Source: Octopus vulgaris
Taxonomy: Eukaryota
NCBI GenBank assembly: GCA_951406725.2
Contig: OX597831.1
Coordinates: 79,484,001 to 79,548,000, forward strand
Reading direction: 5' to 3'
Length of the DNA: 64,000 nt
Part shown: positions 12,056 through 26,580 of the stretch, in pieces
Layout of the letters: every line of letters begins with the position of its first letter
How positions within the stretch are numbered: position 1 is the stretch's first letter
The notes under the pieces: model-generated
The model's database searches: none
Seen by the model: the letters and a program-made list of their open reading frames with translations, nothing else
What the model was told of the DNA's origin: nothing
Translations under genes and position numbers: made by a program

Positions 12056-12583
12056 TATTTATGTATGTATCTACGAATTCTTGTTAAATTTCGTTTAACA
12101 ATATCTACACTGACACATATACAACCTTACATGATACATACACCTAAATACACACATACATACTCACAGACACACCTATATATTCATACACATAGCATCG
12201 AAAGCATAAATTTCACAGCGTGTACATACGCAAACGCACACATTTCCCTCACAAGAATCTTATTACTTAAACACATCTTCATGGTTATTCTTAAGTATAA
12301 ATATATACAAATGTTCGCAAGTGTATATTCAAATAGACGTATATTAATTTTGTAATTAATGACTCAGCATTTACTTACATACATACATAAATACATACAT
12401 GCATACATACATAAATACATACATACATAGAGGCATACATACATACATGTATGCATATATATATGTACACATATATACATACGCGTACAAATATATATTA
12501 ATTTTAGAGGGCTACGAAAATCGTTTGTACGAATATAAGAGGCAGGAATATATATATATAAATGCTCAGATTGTATATATATA

Positions 12584-12627
<44 letters not shown>

Positions 12628-13317
12628 CATACATACATACATACATACATACATACATACATACATACATACATACATGCGTATGTGAGTGCTTGAGTGT
12701 GTATGTGTTTGAATGTGTGTTTGTATGTGAATATATATATATATATATATCAGTATATAGCAATGTGCGTGTGAGTGTCGAAAATAATTATTTCTCGAAT
12801 TCAATATCACAGTCAATACAGCCATAGATTCCTTGGTCCATCCACAGACGACAGACAAACCCCGCCGCCGCCGCCGACGCACCACCGCCAACACAACCAC
12901 TTTTGTCATCACCATGGCCACCAAAATCATTATCGTAACATTTCCCGACATCGCCTCCACCACACCCCCTCTCGACTCCATCAACTACAACGCTATCATT
13001 AACCCAGCCGCCTACACCACAGCACCGCCAAAACTCCTGCCACCACCATCATCACCACCACCACCACCACCACCTACAACAATAAAAATAACACTACCCT
13101 CGCCACTACCATTACCAATATTTTAGCACAACGCTACCACCAAGGCGAGTAGAACTATCTCTACTACAGCCTTAACCATCACTACTACCACCAGTACAAC
13201 CAACACCGGATGAGTAAACTACAGGTAAGGCACGTATTCTAGTCGGTAGAATATTGCACTCGCAATCGTACTGTCGCTGTTTCGATTCCCGAACAAAACA
13301 CTACTTTTGTTTTTAAA

Positions 13318-13597
13318 TACAACTCTCCATTCCAACAGACCACAATTCTTTAACATTCTACCAAACAACATCAGAGTCCTGCGAGGTGTAGAGGTTTTCG
13401 AAGAACGTTTGGACAAATTTCTATCTTAAATACCGCATGAGCGCACATCGTGGTAGAAGATGCAAACAAGAGCAACTCCATCCAACACGCAACTTCGCCA
13501 GGAACAATACAGGAGAGAAGACCAATCACACTAAAAGGTGGTACACCAGGGTGACCTCAGTCCCTGGCTGAAACCAGAAAAAAGACTAAAAAGAATT
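13318..13597 (+). mobile_element. CR1-group LINE 3' end (ORF2 C-terminus plus tail)
   Basis: RPQFFNILPNNIRVLRGVEVFEERLDKFLS*IPHE...RATPSN, followed by the tail ggtggtacaccagggtgacctcagtccctggctgaaaccagaaaaaaga. Confidence 0.75.
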
Positions 13598-14339
13598 AAA
13601 ATTTCACCTTGCTCCGGTTCACACGGCCGCAAATGAATCCCAGTTGAGAAGTTAGACCTACGATAGACCAGCATCTCGTTGGGGAGAGGATTTGATTTCT
13701 GAATCGAGCGGTGCGTTGCTCTAACCCTTTCAGCTGTAAATGAGTAACCCTGCAGCAGGTAGGAAATTAACCCTAAGACGGACTAGTGATCCGTTCAGGT
13801 AGGGTTGTTGGGGTGGTTGTTATCCGTTTTATAAGACGGACCGGGGTTCCGTTCAGGTGGGGGCAGTTGTAATCTGTAACTTAAATCGCCATGGAAAAAG
13901 GGTTAAAATCAGGTTTTATGAATTAAGTCACTTGCTCAAGGTCACGATGCGCTGTCCGACCCAGAAATTCGACCTACAACCTCATTGTTATACGCCAAAC
14001 ACTTTGACTACGAAGCTATACGCCTTCACTTACAGAGTATACTATCTTACGTAAGGGCACAACATACTGTCCAGCCAAGGAATTGAAAGCACGATGATAT
14101 GATGGTGAGTGGAATGCTATGACCACCAGGCCACGGGCCTTTACTATGGAGCATATATCAACAATAAAAACATTAACGCGCAGGCGTTGCTGCGTGGTAA
14201 AGAGCTTGCTTCGCAAGCAACCACATGGTTCGCAAGCAACCACATGGTTCGGGGTTTAGTCTCATTGCGTGGCATATTGAGCCATTGTCTTCCATTACAG
14301 CCTAGATAGATATATGTAAATATATACATATATATATAT

Positions 14340-14684
<345 letters not shown>

Positions 14685-14826
14685 ATAATAGTTATCGCCA
14701 TACTAATATGGCATTCTTATAAAAATAAGAAAAAAGCTGTCCGCTTATTAGTATGGCGATAACTATTATTTTCCGGGAACGCTGCCGCTGTTCTCTTTTA
14801 GAGAGACTTAGTTATTTTAATATTTC

Positions 14827-14877
<51 letters not shown>

Positions 14878-15159
14878 AAACTTATAAACAAGGGCAAAAG
14901 AAAAATTATTTATATGCCAATATGCTGAGTATAGACTTGAAATCGTCAATCACCACATTTCAATATACATTCACTATAAATACACGTCGTGCTGAAATTG
15001 AGGAAAGCTAGCTAACAGAATTTTTTTTAAAGTTCGTTATTTCTATATTGAATCAATCTCAGGATTAAACCTATGGATTTTTTCCCTCTTCAGTAGGGAA
15101 AAACCACCCCCACATTCACTTACGGACTGGTAACCACTATAAGTTGTGGTTCAGAATAG

Positions 15160-15245
<86 letters not shown>

Positions 15246-15482
15246 TTGAGGGAATATTATTACTAACTTACAGGGGGAAAAATTCATTTTAGAAATACTA
15301 AATCAAATTTCACAAAATATAATATATATATAAAAATTAGAAACAAAACACCTTTTATCAATTTTAAAATTACATATAATAGAAATACTAAAAATAAAAT
15401 AACAAAAATATACAGAGGATTATATTATCATTTTATTTTTATTTAGTTGTAATTTAATTGTTCATTTTGAATTGATAAAAGG

Positions 15483-15569
<87 letters not shown>

Positions 15570-15571
<2 letters not shown>

Positions 15572-15815
15572 TGTGTGTGTGTGTGTTTTCGTGTATGTGT
15601 TTGTATTCCACCACCACTACTCGAGAACCGGTGCTGGTATATTTACAGACCTGTAACTTAGCGTTTCGGCAAAAGAATTCGATAGAATAAGTACCAGGTT
15701 TTACAAAAAGCAGCAAGAAGATCAGTATTGGGCTCGATCTGTTTGACTGTAAGTCTTTAAGGCGGTGCTGCAGCATGGCCGCAGTTTTATGACTGAAACC
15801 AGTAAAAGATGAAAG
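15570..15815 (+). mobile_element. SINE family A, older 3' half
   Basis: taacttagcgtttcggcaaaag...ggcggtgctgcagcatggccgcag...gactgaaaccagtaaaaga. Confidence 0.8.
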
Positions 15816-15894
15816 ATTAACATCACCATTACAGTCATCACCGCGATGAATGCCACAACATCAATGCGGGAGATTTACGACATTGATAGCTCGA

Positions 15895-16230
15895 TCGGCT
15901 AGAGATAACAGCTAAATCTCCTTCAAATCACATCCTTATGTCTTAAATATTCGAACGATAAATAACATATATTTCTTTACTACCCACAAGGGGCCAAACA
16001 CAGAGAGAACAAACAAGGACAGACAAACGGATTAAGTCGATTGCTTCGACCCCAGTGTGTAACTGGTACTTAATTTATCGACCCCGAAAGGATGAAAGGC
16101 AAAGTCGACCTAGGCGGAATTTGAACTCAGAACGTAATTAAGAGGATGGTCACAGCTGGAGTGTATTTGATCATAGGTCTTTCAGGTCAATACTAACCTC
16201 GGGCTAAACAAGAGCAACAACAACAACAAC
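15895..16230 (-). mobile_element. Family D SINE-like repeat interrupted by a family B copy (15970-16137)
   Basis: cagctaaatctccttcaaatcac...ggatggtcacagctggag...ggggctaaacaa recurs at ~40895-41040 and ~46215-46295; the inner segment is the reverse complement of family B; strand of family D is inferred. Confidence 0.65.
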
Positions 16231-16624
16231 AAAACCAATATATTGAAATAATAAAGAACCTCGTCGCTTCCGCCACCACAACCACCGCTACCACCACCAC
16301 CACCATTATCATCACTATCACCGTCATCATCATCATCATCGCATACATCTGCTAAAATCACTTACGGAGCCTGGTATACAGGCATACACACACACACACA
16401 CATATACATGCATACATACACACACACACTCACACAAACTCCTACAGTCACCCACACATACATAAACTCACACACAGACAAACACATATACTCGCCAACA
16501 TATGCATACACATACACAAACGCACATACATACACACATATACACTCAACCACACACGCGTCTACATACACGTTCACACATACACACACACACGTCATCA
16601 CTAACAGCATCAGCATTATGCCCC

Positions 16625-17056
16625 GTCGTCATCACCATCATCATCCTCATCATTGACATCACCTAATTACCACTATCGTCGCCGCCACCACCACCCTTGT
16701 CGTCACCGCCGTTCCCGTCGTCGCAGTGGTGGTGGTCGTCGTCATCATCATCATGACCATCATGACCATCATCATCATCAACATCATCATCAACATCATC
16801 ATCATCATCATCAACATCATCATCATCATTATCATCATCTTCATCATCATCATCGTCGTCATCATCATCATCATCATCATTATCATCATCATCATCATCG
16901 TCGTCATTATCATCATCATCATCGTCGTCATTATCATCATCATCGTCGTCATCATCATCATCATCATCATTATCATTATCATCATCATCGTCGTCATTAT
17001 CATCATCATCATCGTCGTCATTATCATCATCATCATCGTCATCATCATCATCATCA

Positions 17057-17092
<36 letters not shown>

Positions 17093-17100
17093 TCATCACG
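16625..17100. repeat. (CAT/CGT)n microsatellite
   Basis: Direct reading. Confidence 0.95.
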
Positions 17101-17437
17101 ATTACCATTGCAATAGAAATCTGCGCGTATTTCAAAGTACGCGTGTTCGTGCGGCCCTGCGCTTGGTGCTATTGTGTGCGCATATGTGGAGGCGGTGCCT
17201 CTGTTCTATTTTGTGTGAGTCTCTGCATCTGAGCTCATGTCCTTTACCTGTATGTATGTACTTATAACATTGTGTGACACAGTGTGTGTGTGTATTTGTG
17301 TGTGTGTGTTCCAGGTGTGTGTAAACGTCTGTGTACGATGCATGTATGACTGAGCGCGCATGTATACATGACTGGATGTGTGTAAGGACACACAGACATC
17401 AAATATATATAAACGCTTATTCACACCAGGGAGCCTA

Positions 17438-17491
<54 letters not shown>

Positions 17492-18386
17492 TTTGTGTGT
17501 GAGAGAGAGAGAGGCGGGAGATAGAGACAGAGACAGAGAGAATGTTTTTGTATGTGGACATTTATGCGTTTGTGTGTGTGTATGCCCGCGTTTATTTGTG
17601 AGTACCTGTGTGTATATGTATGTGTGTGTGCATACGTGTACGTTTGTGTGTGCATGTGTGTGTGTATGTGTGTGTTTTTGTGTATGTGGAAGAGAGAGGG
17701 AGAGAGTGATGCCGTGTTTGCATATGTACGTTTATGCGTTTGTGTGTGAGTGTATATGTACAACGCGTTTATTTATGAGTGCGTGTGTTTGTGTATGTGT
17801 GTGCGTGTGTGTGTGTGTGCGTGCGTGTGTGTGTGTGTGTGTGTAACTATATTATTAAAGATGATCATTAATAAAGATAGCAGAAGACCCCCGAGGCTGG
17901 GAGTCTTTTCGCCGATGTGATAACAACATGGCCGCCTATGAGAGAAAGAGAGAGACAGAGCGCGTGAGATAAAGTGAAAGAGAAACAGAAAGAGACTGAG
18001 AGAGAGAGGAGAGAGCGACGAAAGCTATTGAGGCAGACAGGCACACAGACAAGCAAGACAGACAGACAGACTGACAGACTGGCAGGCGAGCAAGCTTTCA
18101 GAAGAGAGAAACGTCTATAAAATTATTAGTCTATGAAAATGGCTGACTATTTCTCGCCTGAAGCCTTCTTCAACGAAGAGAGTCCGATTCTCTATCAGAA
18201 AGGAAGCTAGTTTTAAATTGCCTTTGATTGCATTTAAAGGTTTTGAGGGGCCGCTTATGATGCGATGGGTGTTGTTGATGTGAGGGTGTGTTGTAGTGCG
18301 ATTGTGATGTGCAAGTGTTTGGCAAGTGTGTGTGTGTTGTGTCATGATATGTAGGTGAGTGTATCTACACATTGTGTGGTGTATAA

Positions 18387-18421
<35 letters not shown>

Positions 18422-18536
18422 TGTGTGTGTGTGTGTGCTTGTGTGTGTTATTACGGAGTGGTGCGGTTTTATTAGGCAATAGTCTAATGTGTTGGCTTTT
18501 TGCGGTGTCTTGCGGAGAGATGCAGTAGTGAGAGGC

Positions 18537-18620
<84 letters not shown>

Positions 18621-18697
18621 TGCTGTTTTTATTTTATTACTATCATTATCAACAGCCGCAGCAGCAGTAGTAGTAGTAGAGTTAAGGCGGCAAAAAG

Positions 18698-19550
18698 CGG
18701 GGAGGAGCTGGCAGAATCGTTAGCGCCCCGGGCAAAATGTTTAGCGATATTTCATGTCTTTACGTTCTGAGTTCAAATTCCGCCGAAGTCGACTTTGCTT
18801 TTCAGTTTTTCGGAGTCGATAACACAAGTAACATTTAAGTACTGGGGAGGGGGGTGATGTAATCAACTTAGTCCCTTCCATAAAATTGCTGGCCTTGTGC
18901 CAAAATTTGAAGCCGAAAGGTGGCGTGCTGGTAGAATTGTTAAAATGTAAGGCAAATTGCTTAGCGTCTTTACGTTCTGAGTTAAAATTCCGTCTATGTG
19001 GACTTTACCTTTTATCGTTGAGGGTCAAAATAAGTAACAGTCGAGCACTGGAGTAGATGTAATTGTCCATTCCACCGCTACCCCTACAAATCTCAGGACT
19101 TGTGCTTATAGCAGAAAAGATTGTAAAGTAGCCAACCCGTAGAACTATTAGCGCGGTCAGGTAAAATGCTTAACGGTATTTCAACCGGCGAACTGGCAGA
19201 AACGTTAGCACGCCGGGCGATATTTCGTCTGCCGCTACGTTCTCAGTTCAAATTCCGCCGAGGTCGACTTTGCCTTTCATCCTTTCGGGGTCGATTAAAT
19301 AAGTACCAGTTACGCACTGGGGTCGATATAATCGACTTAATCCGTTTGTCTGTCCTTGTTTGTCCTCACTGTGTTTAGCCCTTTGTGGGCAATAAAGAAA
19401 TAAGTATTTCAACCGGCTTTAAGTTCCTTAGTTCGAATGCCTACGAGGCCGATTTTACTTTTCATCCCTTCAGGGTCGATAAAATAAAATACCAGCCCCA
19501 TACTGGGATCGATGACATCCCCTTACTCTTTCTCTCAGAATTGTTGGCTT
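18698..19550 (+). mobile_element. Cluster of four to five tandem or nested family B SINEs
   Basis: Repeated heads (e.g. gagctggcagaatcgttagc) and cores; the youngest copy (~19187-19403) is flanked by the direct repeat gtatttcaaccggc. Confidence 0.85.
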
Positions 19551-19557
19551 TGTACCG

Positions 19558-19706
19558 CGCTAGCGTAGCTAGAGTGTGTACCGCCCGGAGCAGCCCTTCC
19601 GTCTGCCGCCGCTGGACTCCACAAAAAACAAATATTGCCTATAGCAATCCAAAAGTGCTGCCCCTTCAAAAGTGCCGCCGGGCGGACCGCAAAGCTACTC
19701 TAGTGC
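19558..19706. mobile_element. Small GC-rich MITE-like element
   Basis: Termini ctagcgtagct / agctactctag and internal ccgcccgg / ccgggcgg are inverted repeats. Confidence 0.55.
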
Positions 19707-20987
19707 TTGTGAGAAAGTTAGAAAGTATAACTTTTACTGCCGTTGTGCTTTTTATTAATTTTCGCTCTTGTTTAATCCTCGACCAATCTTGGTCTTGCGA
19801 ACTTTTTTATTTTTTTAATTATATTTTAATTTTCTTTTCATTTATTTTATTCGGTTTTGCAGATCTGCAAAAGAGATGACAGAGGAATAAACGATTATCT
19901 TATGACATTCATTGGCTTACAGTTGTTTCTGTCGTGTGATGTGGTGCATTTATAGTTCAGTGCCTGAGTAACACCTTATCGCTTCATCACAGCTTCAAAC
20001 GTTCAGAAAATACGCATATTGAGCTCTTCATCACGTTATTATTATCGCAACGCCCAAGGAAAACATATGAAAGGCCATATTTTATGCTATGTATCACTCT
20101 CTAAGACATTAAGATGCTATCTGAGGGAGATTTGGTTGTTATTTCTCGCATGTCAAGTGACCATATGGTGGCTCCCTCTTTCGTCGATGGTCTTTGGTGG
20201 CGGAGTTGACGAAAGAGTGAGTGAAGACAAGAAGTGGCGAGTGCTGCGTCGGGGCGGTGCATTGTGGCGGGGATGTGGTGGGCGTGATGCAGCTCCGTTA
20301 TGTTACTACATTGCAGCTGGTGTGATGTGATGTAGTGATTATGATGCATTACCACAATGATGCGTTGAGGAATGAAGCGGTGGCTTGATGTAGAGCTGCG
20401 AGGGAGCGATGTAGAGAGTGGCGTGACAGTATGATGCACTGTGGTGGTGGGGGGGTGCATTGTGCTGTTTGATGTGGAGAGGTTTATGCAGTGCCTGGAA
20501 GGGGGAGGCGAGGAGTACAGTGAGAAACAGGTGTGACACCCTGCGGAGGAGCAGGAGTAATGTGGTGGCCTGATCCGGTATATTATGGTATGTGGTGGCA
20601 CTATGTCGGGAGGCGCTCGGGCGCTGTGCCACGGTGAGTTTCATCGTGAATTATGGTGCGACGAAACATTGCAGCCGGTTAGTCACCGGTTTGGGCAACG
20701 AGGAATTTGATTGGTTCAACGAGGAAGGAAATTAAGGTGATGGCGGCGATGGCCGTAACGGTGATGATGATGGTGGTGGAGGTGTGGAGGTAGTGGTGGT
20801 GGTGGTGGTGGTGGTGGTAATAGTGAGAGGTAGTAATAATGAAATCTACGTTGATTGTAGAACGTGTGTATGTGAGTGTTTGCACGTGTGTGTGTGTGTG
20901 GCGGTGGAAAGATTACATTATTCTCTAAATGGGCATTTTGATACAACAGAATTTGGCGCGAGACATTATATATTTATGTATATATAT

Positions 20988-21028
<41 letters not shown>

Positions 21029-21675
21029 TGTGTGTACTTGTGTGTACATATATATGTATATACATATATATGTATACATGTATATATTTACACATATGTA
21101 TGTGTATATATATATATGTTTGTGCGTTTGTATTTCCATTCGTGATTGTGTGCATACACGTATATATACATATTTGTGTATGTGCGTGTGTCCGTGTGTG
21201 CGTGTGTCCATGTGTGCGTGTGTGCGTGTGTGCGTCTGTGTGCGTCTGTGCGCGTGTGTACACGTACATGTAGAATGCTTCTATGTGTGCGCTTGTATGT
21301 GTGTCTTTGCATGTGTGGGCGTGTGTGTGTGTGTGTATGTGCGACTGTATGTATGTGTGTGTGTGTGTGCGTATTTCTGCAAGTGCCTCTGAATGTGTCT
21401 GCAAGAATAGCGCCAAAGAGATTCCACTTAACTTTTCATTGCACATAAAACACCCATCCACCCACCCCGTGCCAACGCCCCATCGCCAGTACACACCTCT
21501 ACATTTCCACCTACAACACACCTGCATCGAAGCTTTTCTACTCTACATTATCAAACATCGCTATTTAGCTCCGTACACCATTCTATGCGACTCTGTTCTA
21601 TCTAATAATTTTTGGTCCATCTATTTATCTGTCTAATACGACTTCCTCAATATATATTTCTAAATATGCCTGACA

Positions 21676-21820
<145 letters not shown>

Positions 21821-21999
21821 GAGCTAGCTAACTATCAGCCTGTCCATCTATCTATCTATTTATTTATCTGTCAGTCAGTCTGTCTATAAATCGATCGTTG
21901 TGTTTGTGTGTATACGTGAGTGTGTATATGTACGTGTGTATATATATATATATATATAGATATATATATAGAGAGAGAGGGAGAGAGAGAGAGAGAGAT

Positions 22000-22172
22000 C
22001 GTTAGCCACTACACATTCTTTATTTTCTCTCCTTGTTTCTTTCTGTGTTCCTTTCTGTTGAAGAGCGTAGGCTCGAAACGTTAAAGGCTTTTTCACTTCC
22101 CGTGCATTATACTAATACATCTGTTTGTTGTCTACACCACCTGTCTTCATCTTTTGTCTTTTTCTGAATTCT

Positions 22173-22178
<6 letters not shown>
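22000..22178 (+). repeat. Short repeat family H
   Basis: cctttctgttgaagagcgtaggctcgaaacgttaaagg; ends ctccc(TA)n. Confidence 0.85.
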
Positions 22179-22216
<38 letters not shown>

Positions 22217-22494
22217 TAGGGGTTTGCTCCCGCTGTTAGCAATATATATTGTCTATAAAGGATGCGGCGTCTCAGCGATAGCCAGCTGGCGGAAGGTCTG
22301 CCTGTGGTTAAACTAGTAGTAAATTGAACAGCCATTTTGATCTGAGGATTGACTTTACTTGTTAGTATTGTTACTACCCTGATCTCTGCTTGAGATTTTA
22401 AAACTAGCGATTTAGCTTATAGATTATATCATGGCTGACTGCTAACAAATTTTTCTGCAATATAAGGTTCTTTTATCCTATTTATGCTATTCAG

Positions 22495-22557
<63 letters not shown>

Positions 22558-22623
22558 TTTTGGTCCATCTATTTATCTGTCTAATACGACTTCCTCAATC
22601 TATATTTCTAAATATGCCTGCCA

Positions 22624-22764
<141 letters not shown>

Positions 22765-22786
22765 GCGTCTAAGAGTAAAATATTTC

Positions 22787-22851
<65 letters not shown>

Positions 22852-22948
22852 TTTGATGTAATGCTTTCATTGATCAATTAAAAGAATCGCTTGAAACGGC
22901 CGTAATGAATTGATACTTATACATCTTTGTCATTCATTTATATTCATA

Positions 22949-23033
22949 CAGTAATCCCTCGCTATATCGTGCTTCACCAATCGCAGGGGCGGGTGTTTAT
23001 ATCGTAACACCCGCGATAGTCGAGGGAATACTA
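22949..23033. mobile_element. ~85-bp pogo/Tigger-like MITE
   Basis: TA|cagtaatccctcgctatatcg ... cgatagtcgagggaatacta|TA; the same left end recurs at 26432-26470. Confidence 0.7.
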
Positions 23034-23109
23034 TAATATATACAGTTTCAGAGACGGGAAAGTAATATGATATATTTAATATATTTAATATAATAACATT
23101 GTTTGAAAA

Positions 23110-23191
23110 CATCCTGATGAGGAGAGTGTCAGTTTTAAAAATATGAAATATATCATATTACTTGGCACATCTCTGAAACGATCCGTAGATG
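23110..23191 (+). ncRNA. Type I hammerhead ribozyme motif
   Basis: Stem I catc/gatg, CTGATGA (23114-23120), long stem II ggagagtgtca/tggcacatctct, GAAAC, short stem III, GTA cleavage triplet. Confidence 0.75.
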
Positions 23192-23406
23192 GAATTTTAA
23201 AATTTTTGTAATATTTTCGTGGTATTCTAGTACGTCCTTTTAAAGTTTTATCATCTCAGATTTTTTTATTCCACCAATGTATTGTAACTTTTAAATCTAA
23301 AATTCACTGTGTTTTATGTATCATGTCGATATTTATCTATTTGTATGTATTTTTATATCTATATATTTGGAATTTTTATAACAGTTTTATAAATGTAGAA
23401 AAATAA

Positions 23407-23447
<41 letters not shown>

Positions 23448-23766
23448 TATATATATATTTGATTTTGTGTGTGGTTATTACTTATGTTCCTCTACTTTTC
23501 CGCTTGCAATGCCTCCATTCAAATTATTAAACGGAATATAGCTCACTCGGAGCACTACAACTTCAGTCTGTATTTTTCTTTCGGTTTCCATTTACTGAAT
23601 CCACTCACAAGGCTTTGGTTGCCATGGGTACAAGTGACGTGGGTTCGAGTGTCACAAGCAGCTTTCGGGTCTTTCTCCCAGGAAGCATTTTCGAACACAA
23701 ACTTTATATAGTGCAATTTATAAATATATGAGTGTTACATTATATATATATATATATCGCCATGTA

Positions 23767-23948
23767 TTATTTTTCTCTCCTTTTTCTCTCTCCTTGTTTC
23801 TTTCCTTGTTTTTTTCTGTGTTCCTTTCTGTAGAAGAGCGTAGGCTCGAAACGTAAAAGACTTTTTCTATTCTTGAGCGTTATACTAATACATCTGTTTG
23901 TTTTGTACACCACCTGTCTTCGTCTTTTTTTTCGTAAACTCTTCCTAT
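23767..23948 (+). repeat. Short repeat family H
   Basis: cctttctgtagaagagcgtaggctcgaaacgtaaaagac. Confidence 0.85.
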
Positions 23949-24199
23949 ATATATTCCTTATATTTACTTCAGTCATAGGCCTACGACAATAGTAGAGCAA
24001 CCGTGACTTTGTACCCTCTCTACATCTCTTAATATGTGTGTGTGTATTGTGTATGTGTGTATGGGTGTGTGAGTGTACGCAATAAACAGATAACTCGGTA
24101 GTTAGATAGATAAACAGTGAGATCGAAAATGGTTAGATAGGTAGACTGAGAGACAGATAAACAAGCAGGCAGACATCCACACATGCAGGCAGGAAGACA

Positions 24200-24471
<272 letters not shown>

Positions 24472-24767
24472 CCGCAATGTGATCTACCAATTTTACCATC
24501 CACTCCTTACCGTTACGGAAATTAATGATTTCTGCATTTGGCCAAGTTCCACAAAATCCAGTGGGGCGGCAGAGAAGAGCGGTGTATCGATATAATCACT
24601 TCCTGAACTTCCCTGGAAATTCATTTATCGATGTCCGATCGAAGAAGGGCAAAGTAGACGCCAGCGAGATTACATTATGATTATAAAGGGTGATAACTGG
24701 AGTACGCGGTATATTTTTTCCCTCTGCAAATGAGGATTAGCTGGCTACTGGCACAGCTCTCTGTCTC

Positions 24768-24809
<42 letters not shown>

Positions 24810-24954
24810 TCATTCTCTTTATCTCTGTTGGTTTCTTACTCTCTATCTGTCTGTATCTCGCTCTCTCTCCCGCCTCTCTCTCTCTCTCTCTCTCTCTCTC
24901 AGTATATAAAGAAAAATGCTACAATCAGCGAGTAAATGAATCTCAGCGACCATT

Positions 24955-25280
24955 TAGCCTCAGATCGACCAAAGCCTTGTTAGTGGATTTGGTAGACAGA
25001 AGCCCGTCGTATATGTATATATATATATATATGTGTGTCAGTGTGCGTGTGCGTGTGTGTGTGTGTGTGTCTGTGTGTGTATTTGTGTGTCTGTGTTTGT
25101 CCCCCCAACATCGCTTGACAACCGATGGTAGTGTGTTTACGTCCCCGTAACTTATCGGTTCGGCAAAAGACACCGATAGAATAAGTACTAGACTTCCAAA
25201 GAATAAGTCCTGGAGTCGATGCGTCCGACTAAAGGCATGGCCGTAGTCAAATGACTGAAACAAGTAAAAGAGTAAAAAAG
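24955..25280 (+). mobile_element. SINE family A, 5'-truncated
   Basis: Matches family A from gaccaaagccttg to the tail. Confidence 0.85.
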
Positions 25281-25705
25281 AGAGTATGTATGTACGTATG
25301 TATGCGTGTGTGTACTATGTATGTATGTATGTATATATGCATGTATGTACGTATGTCATATCATGTGGGTAATAACCGTATCGTATGCTTTACAAAGCTC
25401 CTCCACGGGTATCGGCAACCCTATTCTATAATACTGCAAGAACTTTCCTGTTGGTGAATATATACATGGAAATCTGTTTATATCCACAGAATTCATGCCA
25501 AAAGAAATTATAATACAAAAAGACGAAATGAACAATCTGAAATCGAAATCACTACAACTGTTTCTGTGCAGCCGTATCAGCTGATAATTGCTGAGTGTTT
25601 CACGTATTATACACATTATTGCATTAATATGGTCTAATAATAGCTGTATGCCTGCACGTCGTCAGGTGAGTGGGTTCGATAACACTGTTACACATACACG
25701 CTTGC

Positions 25706-25813
<108 letters not shown>

Positions 25814-26580
25814 ATCTATATATCTATATCTATATATATATATAATTATATATGTATGTATGTATGTTTACTTTGCTTATGGGGACTCACCATAGGAGAT
25901 GACAGCGTCGATACAGGACACATCTACCTCCGTTCCCGGCACATTGTCTCTCCTGAGAACGGGCGTGACTAACAAGAGAATGCTGAAACTCACTGAGGAT
26001 ACTGAAACTGGCCCCGAACAACGATATGTAACCGATAAAGTGTCCAACACTCAGACCAGTACAGGAGAGTGGAGACACAGAGAGGTAAACGGAGATTTTT
26101 ATACTTTCTCTAAGGTTCTTGTTCCGAAAGACTCGTTCACTGAGTCTCCCGAAATGACGTAGAGGCCAAACAGATCCTGCGTAGTATCTCCTTGTCGAGG
26201 AGTCCAGGGTTGGATTGTGCTTCCAAAAGAATAGAATGAGTCCGTCTGAGGTAGCGGAGCAACATCCATAAGGACGGGCCTACGGAGAAGTGAATACGGA
26301 AAGGCTGAATGGTGAAGGTTTTCGATGATTTACTCCATGACCGAGGCAAGAATAAGCAATGTACATTATTGAGTTCTTCACGATCAATTAAAGGAGTCGC
26401 TTGAAACTGCCGTAATGAATTGACACTTATACAGTAATCCCTCGCCATATTGCGCTTCACTTTTCGCGGTTTATTATTTAAGCTTACGTCGATTCCTCCG
26501 TGGTGTTGATTTGCTTTTGTAACAAAATAAATATACACAAATTATATATATATTATATATATTATATATATATATATATA

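Noticed and set aside
19915-19995. Hammerhead-like motif on the minus strand (also 30780-30820)
   Set aside because: C3 is lost or stems do not pair; too degenerate to call
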